From Bacteroidales bacterium (GTDB lineage: Bacteria > Bacteroidota > Bacteroidia > Bacteroidales > UBA932): a DNA stretch of 64,000 nt. The stretch covers positions 110,178 through 174,177 of the forward strand of contig JALCKZ010000001.1 in assembly GCA_022647615.1 (NCBI GenBank), read 5' to 3'. Below, one piece after another: positions 9,805-17,917 of the stretch. Positions within the stretch are counted from its first letter, which is position 1, and every line of letters begins with the position of its first letter. Both the position numbers and the translations under genes were made by a program. The notes below the pieces were generated by a model. That model had not been told where the DNA came from. It did not search any database and saw only the letters and a list, made by a program, of their open reading frames with translations.

Positions 9805-10794
9805 CTAATCAGGTAAATGTTTAGTAACAAACAACCTCATAATTATCTCAAGCGCAACGGCCAGGAAAGCTATAAGCGCAAAGGCCATATAAAGCTCTCT
9901 GTATTTAGGGAATGAGTTCACGATGGTTTTGCTCTTCTCCATCTTGTTAATCTCATGATAAATTTCCATCAGCTTTGTATTGTCTGTCGCCCTGAAATAT
10001 TTTCCGCCAGTCTCCTTTGCAATACCTTGCAAAAGAGGTTCATCAATCTCAACTTTCATATCCTGAACTTGTACTCCGTAAGGAGTCATAAACGGATACG
10101 GCGCAACTCCCATTGCACCAACGCCTATAGTATAAACTCTTATGCCATAAGTTCTTGCAATTTCCGCCGCCATCTGCGGAGAAATCTCTCCGGTGTTATT
10201 CACACCATCTGTCAGCAAAATAATCACGCGGCTCTTTGCGGGAGAATCTTTCAATCTTGCAACCGCAGTTGCAAGTCCGTTTCCTATTGCCGTACCATCC
10301 TCTATCTCATCACAATTAATCTCCTTCATCAAATTAATAAGAGATGCACGGTCCGTAGTAAGAGGAGATTGAGTATAACTCTCTCCGGCAAAAACCACAA
10401 TTCCCATTCTGTCCGCAGGACGCTGAGAAATAAATTGTATCGCAATCTGCTTTGCGGCAGAAATCCTATCAGGTTTAAAATCCATCGCGAGCATACTGGT
10501 TGACACATCCATATCCAGCACAATATCAATGCCTTCCGTGCTTACCTTCTCCAGCTTTGAAGAGGAGCGCGGACGCGCAATTGCAAGGATTAAAAATGAA
10601 ATTGCAACGCACCTTAAGACAAACGGAACATGCTTTAAAATCTTCTGAAAAACTCCGGCGTTATATTTCCACGGAGTAATTGTAGGAACCAGCAAATAAG
10701 GCTCCTTCCCCTTAATCTCTCTCCAAATATACAGGAATATTACAGGGATTAAAATCAGCAGAAGCCACAATAATTTTGGATACTCAAAAAACAT
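9805..10794 (-). CDS. batA: BatA (VWA-domain membrane protein)
   Basis: 329 aa with two N-terminal TM helices, a VWA domain (LDMDVSTSM, LLTDGVNN) and a C-terminal TM. Its start overlaps the upstream stop (TAATG). Confidence 0.85.
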   Translation of the reverse strand: MFFEYPKLLWLLLILIPVIFLYIWREIKGKEPYLLVPTITPWKYNAGVFQKILKHVPFVLRCVAISFLILAIARPRSSSKLEKVSTEGIDIVLDMDVSTSMLAMDFKPDRISAAKQIAIQFISQRPADRMGIVVFAGESYTQSPLTTDRASLINLMKEINCDEIEDGTAIGNGLATAVARLKDSPAKSRVIILLTDGVNNTGEISPQMAAEIARTYGIRVYTIGVGAMGVAPYPFMTPYGVQVQDMKVEIDEPLLQGIAKETGGKYFRATDNTKLMEIYHEINKMEKSKTIVNSFPKYRELYMAFALIAFLAVALEIIMRLFVTKHLPD

Positions 10795-12101
10795 TATTTC
10801 TCCTCCTCCTTTTTATTCCCGACAGGTCCATCTGTCTTTTTTGTATTCTGTTTATTATCAGCACTCTTGGCCGCCTGGTCAGCAGCAGTCCTAGCAGCTT
10901 TATCAGCTTGCTTCTTTGCAGCAGCTTCAGCCCTTTCTTCTTGTTCCTTCAGCTCTTGCATGTATGCAAAGTTCACAAAGTTTTCTGCGGCAGGAATTGC
11001 ATTCTCATTCTCATCCGGAAGCGGAGAATATTTTGCAAACTTTACAAGATCCGCAACCTTAAACATCTCCCCAAGATTATTATAAGTTTTCTCTTCTATC
11101 TTCTTGTCCTGCAGACTCTCCATGATTTCAGTAGAGGTCTTCTCCATTGCTCCGAAACCATAACGCTTCTGAATATACTCTCTTAAAGTATCTGTAATTC
11201 CGGTGAAGTATTGCTTCTCTTTCCCGCTCTGCCATAGCTTCTCATCTCTTAATTTTTCCAGTTTCTTAAGAGCTATAACGTGAGGCGGAATTTTAATTTT
11301 GCTTCTTCCGAAGAAGTCTTTGTTCTGCGCCTTAAGTTTAAAGTATCTTGTTATGCAATAAGCAATTGCAGCAAGCAGCAAAAGCAAAAGAATCCAAGGG
11401 ATAAAATCTCTGAAAGTAATTGGATACTTCATTTGTGAATCCTTTACTCCAAGCTGATAAGGTTTGAAGGAGGCTGTATCCACAGGAATCGTACTAACGG
11501 CAAGCTCATTCTCGCTCAGCTTTACCGTATCTATCTGACCCTTCTTGTTACCCATAAGAATCACGGGAGCAGGAAGTTTGTAATATCCGCTGTCAAAGGA
11601 AGTTATAATAGCTTTTGCACGCAATTTGCGCACTCCGTCTTTGAAGGAGAGCGTATCAATAACAAAATCCTGAACAACTTCTACGGTACCAGCCTGAGCG
11701 GGCTGAACCATTTGTGAAGGTCCCGGTTGCGCGACCATAGATGCAGAAGTTGAATCCGGAAGGCCGGTACTCTGCGGCATTTGCGCAGCTTGCGCTGGCA
11801 TTGCAACTTGCTGCGGCTGAGCTATCTGCGTTGCAGCGGCAGAATCCTGAGGCATTTCCTCTCCTCCCTGCGCTCCGGCAGAAACAGCTGCAAGTGTCTG
11901 AGCATAAGGTATCACCTGAATTGGAGCTTTGTCGGGAACTGAAAAATCAGCGCTCATAACTACCTGGTCTCCAATTAAAATAGAGTCGCGGGAAAGCGTC
12001 GGATTCTTCACGTCTTTCTTCTCAGATTTATTTGCATGTCCGCACGCAGCAAGAGCAGCAACACAGCCGACAATTAAAAGTATATGCTTAAAACCTCTCA
12101 T
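10794..12101 (-). CDS. Bat-operon membrane lipoprotein (DUF4381-position protein, enlarged)
   Basis: Lipobox LAACG, a Q/A/P-rich low-complexity stretch, one TM helix (WILLLLLLAAIAYCI), a helical cytoplasmic part and a K/E/A-rich tail. It has 4-nt and 1-nt overlaps with the neighbouring genes. Confidence 0.55.
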   Translation of the reverse strand: MRGFKHILLIVGCVAALAACGHANKSEKKDVKNPTLSRDSILIGDQVVMSADFSVPDKAPIQVIPYAQTLAAVSAGAQGGEEMPQDSAAATQIAQPQQVAMPAQAAQMPQSTGLPDSTSASMVAQPGPSQMVQPAQAGTVEVVQDFVIDTLSFKDGVRKLRAKAIITSFDSGYYKLPAPVILMGNKKGQIDTVKLSENELAVSTIPVDTASFKPYQLGVKDSQMKYPITFRDFIPWILLLLLLAAIAYCITRYFKLKAQNKDFFGRSKIKIPPHVIALKKLEKLRDEKLWQSGKEKQYFTGITDTLREYIQKRYGFGAMEKTSTEIMESLQDKKIEEKTYNNLGEMFKVADLVKFAKYSPLPDENENAIPAAENFVNFAYMQELKEQEERAEAAAKKQADKAARTAADQAAKSADNKQNTKKTDGPVGNKKEEEK

Positions 12102-12976
12102 CTCTGCTTAAAAAACTTTATCAAACTCTTCACATAATCCTCATTGGTACAAATGCTTACAGAATCTACGCGGTACTTGTTGAAAAGCTGCTGCGCCTGT
12201 TTTAAAACTTCCTGTCCCCATTGAGAATAGTAATCTCTCACATAAATGCTTGCCGTATCAACCCAGCTTTCTCTCCCGCTCTCAGCATCTCTCACTCTCA
12301 CAAAACCCACATTAGGAATCTCTCTTTCCCTTGGGTCATAGACATTTATGAAAGAGATATCATGGCGGTTAACCGCAATCTTAAGAGCCTCCTCATAGTT
12401 AGGTCTGCAATCTTTGTCAACATCATACAAATCCGTCAGGACAAAGGCAGTACACTTTTTCTTTATTGCATTTGTCAAAAACCTCAGCGCCTCTGAAATA
12501 TTTGTCCCCTGCGCAGTTGGCTTAAATTCAAGCAATTCGCTTATAATTCTTAAAAGATGACTTCTCCCCTTCTTTGGAGGAATGAACTTCTCAACCTTGG
12601 AGGAGAAAAACAGCGCCCCAACTTTATCATTGTTGATAGAGGCTGAAAATGAGAGAACTGCAGCAATTTCCGCTGCCAAATCTCTTTTGCTTTTTTCCGT
12701 TGTTCCAAAAATTCCGGAAGAACTGACATCAATCAGCAGCACAACCGTGAGCTCCCTCTCCTCCTCATACACTTTGATGTAAGGCGAACGCAACCTGGCA
12801 GTTACATTCCAGTCCATACTGCGCACATCATCTCCAAACTGATACTCGCGCACCTCGCTGAATGCCATACCTCTCCCTTTAAATGCAGAGTGATACTCAC
12901 CCGCAAATATCTGATGAGAAAGAGATCTGGTTCTTATCTCTATCTTCCTTACTTTACTTAGTAAATCTGTATCCAT
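12098..12976 (-). CDS. DUF58-family protein (MoxR-associated, VWA-like)
   Basis: 292 aa with the typical REYQFGDD..R.IDW-like motif (REYQFGDDVRSMDW). Lies immediately downstream of MoxR. Confidence 0.85.
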   Translation of the reverse strand: MDTDLLSKVRKIEIRTRSLSHQIFAGEYHSAFKGRGMAFSEVREYQFGDDVRSMDWNVTARLRSPYIKVYEEERELTVVLLIDVSSSGIFGTTEKSKRDLAAEIAAVLSFSASINNDKVGALFFSSKVEKFIPPKKGRSHLLRIISELLEFKPTAQGTNISEALRFLTNAIKKKCTAFVLTDLYDVDKDCRPNYEEALKIAVNRHDISFINVYDPREREIPNVGFVRVRDAESGRESWVDTASIYVRDYYSQWGQEVLKQAQQLFNKYRVDSVSICTNEDYVKSLIKFFKQR

Positions 12977-13004
12977 TTACTTGCTCTCCAACACAAAAAT
13001 TCTA

Positions 13005-13997
13005 TTAAGGAACTTCAACAACATTAACAACATCAGTAATTATATTCTCCGGTGTAATATTCTCTGCCTCAGCCTCATAAGTAAGACCAATTCTGTGTCT
13101 CATAACCTCATAGCAAACGGCGCGGACATCCTCCGGAATAACATAACCTCTTCTCTTGATAAATGCATAAGCCTTGGCAGCCTTTGCAAGTGAGATACTT
13201 GCACGCGGAGAAGCTCCGTACTGAATCAAATTCTTAAGTTTGCCAAGTCCGTATTCCTGCGGAGTTCTTGTTGCATAAACTATATCTACAATGTATTTTT
13301 CAATCTTCTCATCCATGTAAACATCTTTAACAACGCTTCTTGCACGGATGATATCTTCCGGCTTCAAAACTGTACTTGCCTTAGGGAACTGCTGGGCATT
13401 GTGCATTCTGATAATCATCTTCTCCTCATCTTTCTTAGGATAATTAACAATTACCTTCAGCATGAAACGGTCCATCTGAGCCTCAGGAAGAGGATATGTA
13501 CCCTCCTGCTCTATAGGGTTTTGCGTAGCCATAACCAAGAACGGATCTGGCAATTTGTAAGTCTGGTCGCCAATTGTAACCTCCCTCTCCTGCATGGCCT
13601 CCAGCAATGCGGACTGAACCTTTGCAGGTGAACGGTTAATTTCATCCGCAAGAACAAAGTTTGCAAATACGGGACCCTGCTTAACCTGGAACTGCTCGCT
13701 CTTCTGACTGTAAATCATTGTGCCCACAATATCTGCCGGCAACAAATCCGGAGTAAATTGAATCCTATTAAACTTTGCATCAATGATATCAGCCAATGTG
13801 CTGATAGCCAAAGTTTTTGCCAATCCGGGCATTCCTTCCAGCAGCAAATGTCCGTCTGCAAGAAGACCAATCATCAAATCCTCAACCAAGTGCTTCTGCC
13901 CCACAATCACCTTGTTCATCTCCATTGTGATAATGTCCACAAAGGCACTCTCTTTCTGAATTCTGTCATTCAGTTCCTTAATGTTTACACTCTCCAT
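13005..13997 (-). CDS. moxR: MoxR-family AAA+ ATPase
   Basis: 330 aa with Walker A GMPGLAKT, Walker B LADEINR and the MoxR-typical ATQNPIEQEGTYPLPEAQ.DRF. Confidence 0.9.
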   Translation of the reverse strand: MESVNIKELNDRIQKESAFVDIITMEMNKVIVGQKHLVEDLMIGLLADGHLLLEGMPGLAKTLAISTLADIIDAKFNRIQFTPDLLPADIVGTMIYSQKSEQFQVKQGPVFANFVLADEINRSPAKVQSALLEAMQEREVTIGDQTYKLPDPFLVMATQNPIEQEGTYPLPEAQMDRFMLKVIVNYPKKDEEKMIIRMHNAQQFPKASTVLKPEDIIRARSVVKDVYMDEKIEKYIVDIVYATRTPQEYGLGKLKNLIQYGASPRASISLAKAAKAYAFIKRRGYVIPEDVRAVCYEVMRHRIGLTYEAEAENITPENIITDVVNVVEVP

Positions 13998-14028
13998 ATA
14001 AAATTATTTTTTGTCTATTTTTTCTCTC

Positions 14029-14036
14029 TATCTTTG
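14029..14036 (+). promoter_or_regulatory. Candidate -7 box (TAtcTTTG) for truA
   Basis: Exact TAnnTTTG, 40 nt upstream of the truA ATG, with TTTG at 14010-14013 upstream. Confidence 0.35.
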
Positions 14037-14038
14037 CC

Positions 14039-14071
14039 CTGTCGGGATAAAAATATTTTTCCTCCCGACAG
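14039..14071. repeat. CTGTCGGGA...TCCCGACAG palindromic hairpin in the moxR/truA divergent spacer
   Basis: 9-bp perfect arms (14039-14047 and 14063-14071) around an AT palindrome (aaaaatattttt). The hairpin ends 5 nt before the truA ATG. Confidence 0.8.
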
Positions 14072-14075
14072 CTTT

Positions 14076-14918
14076 ATGAAATATTTTATCCGTCTTTCAT
14101 ATAACGGCGCCCCCTTCAGCGGCTGGCAAATTCAAAAAAACGCAAACAGCGTTCAGGAGGAACTTCAAAAGGCTTTCTCCACTCTCCTAAAAGAGAAGAT
14201 TGAAATTACCGGTGCGGGAAGAACAGACAGCGGAGTCAACGCCGTCAACTATATAGCCCATACGGAAATTTCATCTATTGGTAAAAACCCGGCTGAGTTT
14301 CTTTACAAAATAAATGCCATTCTGCCCAAAGAAATAGTAGTAAAGAACATTTTTAAAATGCCCGCCTCCGCTCATGCAAGATTTGATGCGGTGAGCAGGA
14401 CCTACAAATACTTCTTAACGCTTGAAAAAGAACCGTTTAACTCAGCTTTTACATACTTTTACAGACCCGGGCAGCTGGATTTTGAAGCTATGAATAAGGC
14501 GGCAAAGTACTTCCTTGGAGAGCAAGATTTTACCAGCCTGGAAAAACTGCACAGCGGAGCGCAAAATGCCATCTGCAACGTAACCGCCGCCTGCTGGGAA
14601 CGTCAAGCCGGCAGCACAGCGGCAGGAACCCGCGGCGCAGCGGCAGGAACCGGTGGCGCAGCAGCAGAAACCGGCGGCGCAGCTTTTATAATACCCTGTG
14701 CAACAGATATATATGTATTCACTGTTACATCAAACAGATTCCTGCGCAATATGGTCAGAGCAATGGTAGGTTCACTTTTGGAAGTTGGCAGCGGCAAACG
14801 CAAACCGGAGTGGATTGCAGAGATGCTTGCCCGCAAAGACAGATGCGCCGCCGGTTACTCCGTCCCCGGCAATGCCCTATTCCTTACAGAGATACGCTAT
14901 CCATATCCGATAGAATAA
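14076..14918 (+). CDS. truA: tRNA pseudouridine(38-40) synthase TruA
   Basis: From the internal Met: MKYFIRLSYNGAPFSGWQIQ...GAGRTDSGVNA (catalytic Asp)...FLRNMVR. The ORF-track start at 13758 overlaps moxR and is rejected. Confidence 0.85.
   Translation: MKYFIRLSYNGAPFSGWQIQKNANSVQEELQKAFSTLLKEKIEITGAGRTDSGVNAVNYIAHTEISSIGKNPAEFLYKINAILPKEIVVKNIFKMPASAHARFDAVSRTYKYFLTLEKEPFNSAFTYFYRPGQLDFEAMNKAAKYFLGEQDFTSLEKLHSGAQNAICNVTAACWERQAGSTAAGTRGAAAGTGGAAAETGGAAFIIPCATDIYVFTVTSNRFLRNMVRAMVGSLLEVGSGKRKPEWIAEMLARKDRCAAGYSVPGNALFLTEIRYPYPIE
14613..14683 (+). repeat. In-frame GC-rich 21-nt tandem repeat (about 3.4 units) inside truA
   Basis: Units are agcacagcggcaggaacccgc / ggcgcagcggcaggaaccggt / ggcgcagcagcagaaaccggc / ggcgcagc. 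They encode STAAGTRGAAAGTGGAAAETGGAA. Confidence 0.85.
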
Positions 14919-14946
14919 TCCTACGATTCTCAATCCCGGGTAATGA

Positions 14947-15077
14947 TAACAAGGCATAAAAAATAACGGGCTCTTTTCGCCCGTTATTTTTTTGCCCGCG
15001 CGCCACGTGGCGCGCTGCCTCCTCGTGGCGGCAGCCACGTAAACCACTAATTGCCAGCATGCTTTGTATGCTGGCAA
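14947..15077 (-). repeat. GC-rich multi-hairpin repeat, copy C (reverse orientation)
   Basis: Collinear with the reverse complement of 31841-31962. Order is terminator hairpin, gcgcgcca/tggcgcgc, cgtggc-ggca-gccacg, taaaccactaa, then ttgccagcat-GCTTTGT-atgctggcaa. Confidence 0.85.
14963..14993 (+). terminator. Rho-independent terminator of truA (part of repeat copy C)
   Basis: Stem ataacgggc/gcccgttat with a 7-nt loop, followed by a T7 run. Confidence 0.7.
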
Positions 15078-15120
15078 CTCGCAGACTGCACAGCAGGCTG
15101 CGTGAAGATGCTACCGCTTA

Positions 15121-15253
15121 AGAACGCACAGAAAGGCAAAAAGTTAATCTATTGATAATGTGTTAATTGCAAGGTCTACGATTTTTGAGGGGATAAAAAC
15201 GCCGTAACTTACTGATAGTCAGATAGGGTAATTTTTGCCTTTTTGTGCGTTCT
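15121..15253. repeat. 22-bp inverted repeat pair (21/22 match) flanking an 89-nt spacer
   Basis: agaacgcacagaaaggcaaaaa (15121-15142) versus tttttgcctttttgtgcgttct (15232-15253). The second arm runs into TTCTGGAGGGGGTGGC. Confidence 0.8.
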
Positions 15254-15358
15254 GGAGGGGGTGGCAAAGTGCTTCTCCACGCATCCTATAGAGGTGGTAT
15301 GCACAGTACATTTCTACGCGTCCAGGTGTGAAACGAAAAACCGCTTCGCAGAGCTTAT

Positions 15359-15476
15359 ATTTGGGTTTTTATTAAAATACAGATATACAACAAGATACAT
15401 GGATTGAAAAAATCAAAACCTGATTTTCACAAACGTGCAATGCGCTTATTATCTGCAACTTGGTAAAAACCCAAAT
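15359..15476. repeat. 13-bp perfect inverted repeat pair flanking a 92-nt spacer
   Basis: atttgggttttta (15359-15371) versus taaaaacccaaat (15464-15476). TTCTGGAGGGGGGGGGGTGGC follows 8 nt later, paralleling the module at 15121-15268. Confidence 0.8.
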
Positions 15477-15491
15477 CCACGTACTTCTGGA

Positions 15492-15501
15492 GGGGGGGGG
15501 G
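15492..15501 (+). repeat. Homopolymeric G10 tract
   Basis: Ten consecutive G in a low-GC intergenic context. The paralogous motif at 15257-15261 has G5. Confidence 0.9.
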
Positions 15502-15546
15502 TGGCGGGAATGAAACAGCAGCTCGGAAAAAAGGAATTGTGTTAAG

Positions 15547-15672
15547 CACGCTCCGCATGCAGTTACCAGCGCACAAAGCGCGCTGGTAATGTGTGGTTTA
15601 CGCGGCTCCCGCCGCGAGGAGGCACGCGCTCCGCGCGGGCAAAAATCTGCTGAGCAGAAAATTTTGCCTTGC
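15547..15672 (+). repeat. GC-rich multi-hairpin repeat, copy B (forward orientation)
   Basis: cacgctccgcatgcag, ttaccagcgc-ACAAAGC-gcgctggtaa, tgtgtggttta, cgcggc-tccc-gccgcg, aggaggca, cgcgc-tcc-gcgcg, ggcaaaaa, tctgc-tga-gcaga, aaattttgccttg. Confidence 0.85.
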
Positions 15673-15790
15673 GGAATTTTTCCCATTGAAAAAAGCCATG
15701 GGAAATTTTTGCGTTGAGGATTTTCAATTGAAAGAAAAGCCGTGGGAAATTTTTGCCTTGTGAATTTTCCATTGTGAATTTGTACCTTTG
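15659..15790 (+). repeat. Imperfect tandem repeat of about 44 nt (about 3 units) upstream of exbB
   Basis: Units start at 15659, 15703 and 15747, each beginning (g)aaattttt-gc(c/g)ttg. This is the tail motif of the multi-hairpin repeat, triplicated. Confidence 0.75.
15783..15790 (+). promoter_or_regulatory. Candidate -7 box (TAccTTTG) for exbB
   Basis: Exact TAnnTTTG, 67 nt upstream of the exbB ATG. Confidence 0.35.
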
Positions 15791-15857
15791 ATTTTTGCAT
15801 AATATTTGCAAGGGTTGCGTGGGTGTGGAAAACAGAAATTTATAAACGTAAAACAAT

Positions 15858-16580
15858 ATGACATTATTAACATTCCTATTACAGGCAGACACAGCTGCGG
15901 CAATTGATCAGGCCGCTCAAACTGTCGCAGTTAAACAGCAAGCTTCTATGTCCCTGATTGACATGACAATAAAGGGAGGATGGCTGATGATTCCTCTGTT
16001 TATTCTCTCCATTTTGACCATCTATATCTTTGGTGTAAAATGGTATACAATCAGAAAGGCATCAAAGGTTAATCCTAATTTCATGAATGATATTAAGGAT
16101 TTGATTCACGACGGGAAAATTAAGTCTGCGCTTGCACTGTGCAAGAGAGAAGATACGCCTGTTTCACGTCTAATTGAGAAAGGCATAGAGAGGATGGGAC
16201 GTCCGCTTACAGATATACAGGCAGCCGTGGAAAACCTTGGCAATATAGAAGTTGCAAGGTTGGAGAAAGGTCTTCCGGGACTCGCTTCAATTGCGGGAGG
16301 CGCACCTATGATAGGATTTTTGGGTACCGTACTTGGTATGGTTCAGGCATTCTTTAATATGTCACAAGCCGGCAACAATATAGATATCACGCTGTTATCA
16401 GGAGGTATTTACACAGCCATGGTTACAACCGTTGCAGGTTTGATAGTTGGTATTCTTGCTTTCTTTGGGTATAACTACCTGACAGCAAAGGTTTCTGATT
16501 TGGTATTCATGCTGCAGAGCAACACAATTGAGTTCATGGATTTGCTTCATGAGCCTGGTGATAGCACCGTTGCAAAATAG
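15858..16580 (+). CDS. exbB: MotA/TolQ/ExbB proton-channel protein
   Basis: 240 aa with three TM helices and the typical ...LASIAGGAPMIGFLGTVLGM... motif, followed by ExbD and TonB-like genes. Confidence 0.85.
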   Translation: MTLLTFLLQADTAAAIDQAAQTVAVKQQASMSLIDMTIKGGWLMIPLFILSILTIYIFGVKWYTIRKASKVNPNFMNDIKDLIHDGKIKSALALCKREDTPVSRLIEKGIERMGRPLTDIQAAVENLGNIEVARLEKGLPGLASIAGGAPMIGFLGTVLGMVQAFFNMSQAGNNIDITLLSGGIYTAMVTTVAGLIVGILAFFGYNYLTAKVSDLVFMLQSNTIEFMDLLHEPGDSTVAK

Positions 16581-16661
16581 CAACAGGACAAAAAACGACA
16601 GCAAAAAAACTGTCGGGATAAAAATAGAACTAGTACATAATTAGTTAATTAACAAATTAAT

Positions 16662-17078
16662 ATGGCAATTAAACAAAGATGTAAAGTAGAAGCCGGATTC
16701 AGCATGTCATCAATGACAGACATTGTCTTTTTGCTGCTGATTTTCTTTCTTGTTACATCTACACTTATAAATCCAAACGCGCTAAAGCTCCTGCTTCCAA
16801 AGAGCACAAATCAGATTTCCTCTAAGCAGCAGGTGAGCGTATCAATTAAGGATCACCAAGATACGCACACTTATACTTATCACATAAACGGAAATTTGCA
16901 GCCGCTTCCTTTTGACCAGGTAGAAGTTGAGCTTCAGGCGCTGCTTCAAAACACGGACGATCCAACATTCACAATTCTTGCGGACCAAAGTGTCCCAATT
17001 GAGAAAGTTGTTGAACTAATGAATATTGCAAAGCGCAATAAGTATAAGGTAATTCTTGCTACAGCACCTGAGGATTAG
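16662..17078 (+). CDS. exbD: Biopolymer transport protein ExbD/TolR
   Basis: 138 aa with N-terminal MTDIVFLLLIFFLVTS (canonical ExbD TM with the conserved D) and a periplasmic alpha/beta domain. Confidence 0.85.
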   Translation: MAIKQRCKVEAGFSMSSMTDIVFLLLIFFLVTSTLINPNALKLLLPKSTNQISSKQQVSVSIKDHQDTHTYTYHINGNLQPLPFDQVEVELQALLQNTDDPTFTILADQSVPIEKVVELMNIAKRNKYKVILATAPED

Positions 17079-17084
17079 CATTTT

Positions 17085-17858
17085 ATGAGAGAATCACTGA
17101 AACAGCAAAAATATGACAAGCAGGGTAAACAAATTGGTGTTTGCCTCACTATTGTTGTGCATGCGCTGCTGTTTTTAGTGCTTGGGGTAAATGGATTTAA
17201 AATGGTTTATCCGCCACCTGCGGAGAAGGGAATCCTGTTGGAAATCCCGACGGAAGAGATTACAGTTGAGCAATTTAAGAATGGAGGAACTGAGCCGCGC
17301 GCTCCAAAAGCAGACCCTAATAAAGAGATAAAGCTGGTGCAAAAATCTGAGGCTCAAGTTGTTGGCAAGAAGCAAAATTCAGGAGTAGCAACTACTTACG
17401 GAGATAAGGGAGATGTTGCAAAATATGAACCTGCACGTAAAACAAAAATTGACAGGCGCGCTCTTTTCACATCTGAAGACAATCACTCAAAGGAGGAAGC
17501 AGCTCAAACTGCGCGAGTTGTATCAAATGCTCTTAAGGCAGGACATCCGGAGGGGAATACTAACAAGGGAGCCGTGCGGGGAGAACCATCTGTAAGACTG
17601 GAGGGACGCAGCACCGTAGGTTCCTTGCCTAAGCCTGCATATACAGTTAATAAAGAGGGAGTTGTAGTAGTTAAAATAATGGTGGACCAATATGGAAAAG
17701 TCACCAATGCAATTCCGGGACAAAGCGGAACTACCGTCTCCGATCCAACTCTTTGGGCCGCCGCAAAAAGTGCTGCGCTAAAGGCGCGCTTTAATGTAAG
17801 CTCCTCAGCCGCTGCAGTTCAGACCGGCACAATCACATACATCTTTAAATTGAAATAA
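17085..17858 (+). CDS. tonB: TonB-like energy transducer
   Basis: 257 aa with an N-terminal TM containing His (IVVHALLFLV), a charged linker and a TonB_C-like end (GVVVVKIMVDQYGKVTNA...). Confidence 0.65.
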   Translation: MRESLKQQKYDKQGKQIGVCLTIVVHALLFLVLGVNGFKMVYPPPAEKGILLEIPTEEITVEQFKNGGTEPRAPKADPNKEIKLVQKSEAQVVGKKQNSGVATTYGDKGDVAKYEPARKTKIDRRALFTSEDNHSKEEAAQTARVVSNALKAGHPEGNTNKGAVRGEPSVRLEGRSTVGSLPKPAYTVNKEGVVVVKIMVDQYGKVTNAIPGQSGTTVSDPTLWAAAKSAALKARFNVSSSAAAVQTGTITYIFKLK

Positions 17859-17917
17859 ACGCACAATAGCGCTGTTTGTTAATCTTTGCTAACTTGCGGT
17901 GATTTAATTCATCCAAT

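Noticed and set aside
13758-14075. The ORF-track start for truA at 13758, giving a 386-aa protein.
   Set aside because: The first 106 codons overlap the moxR coding region on the opposite strand and the divergent promoter and hairpin. The TruA homology begins at the Met at 14076 (MKYFIRLSYNG).
15121-15476. A retron msr/msd locus or an invertase-controlled promoter switch, suggested by IR pairs with spacers of about 90 nt.
   Set aside because: There is no reverse transcriptase or site-specific recombinase gene in the window, and the spacers are shorter than typical Bacteroides invertible promoters. I kept this only as an open possibility inside the finding on this region.
14877-15892. Minus-strand ORFs 14877..15077, 15372..15800 and 15563..15892, and analogous ORFs 27003..27188 and 37185..37430.
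   Set aside because: All are read-throughs of the GC-rich multi-hairpin repeat or the 44-nt tandem units. They share peptides such as PRGGSRVNH only because the DNA repeat is shared, and they have no coding-like composition outside the repeats.
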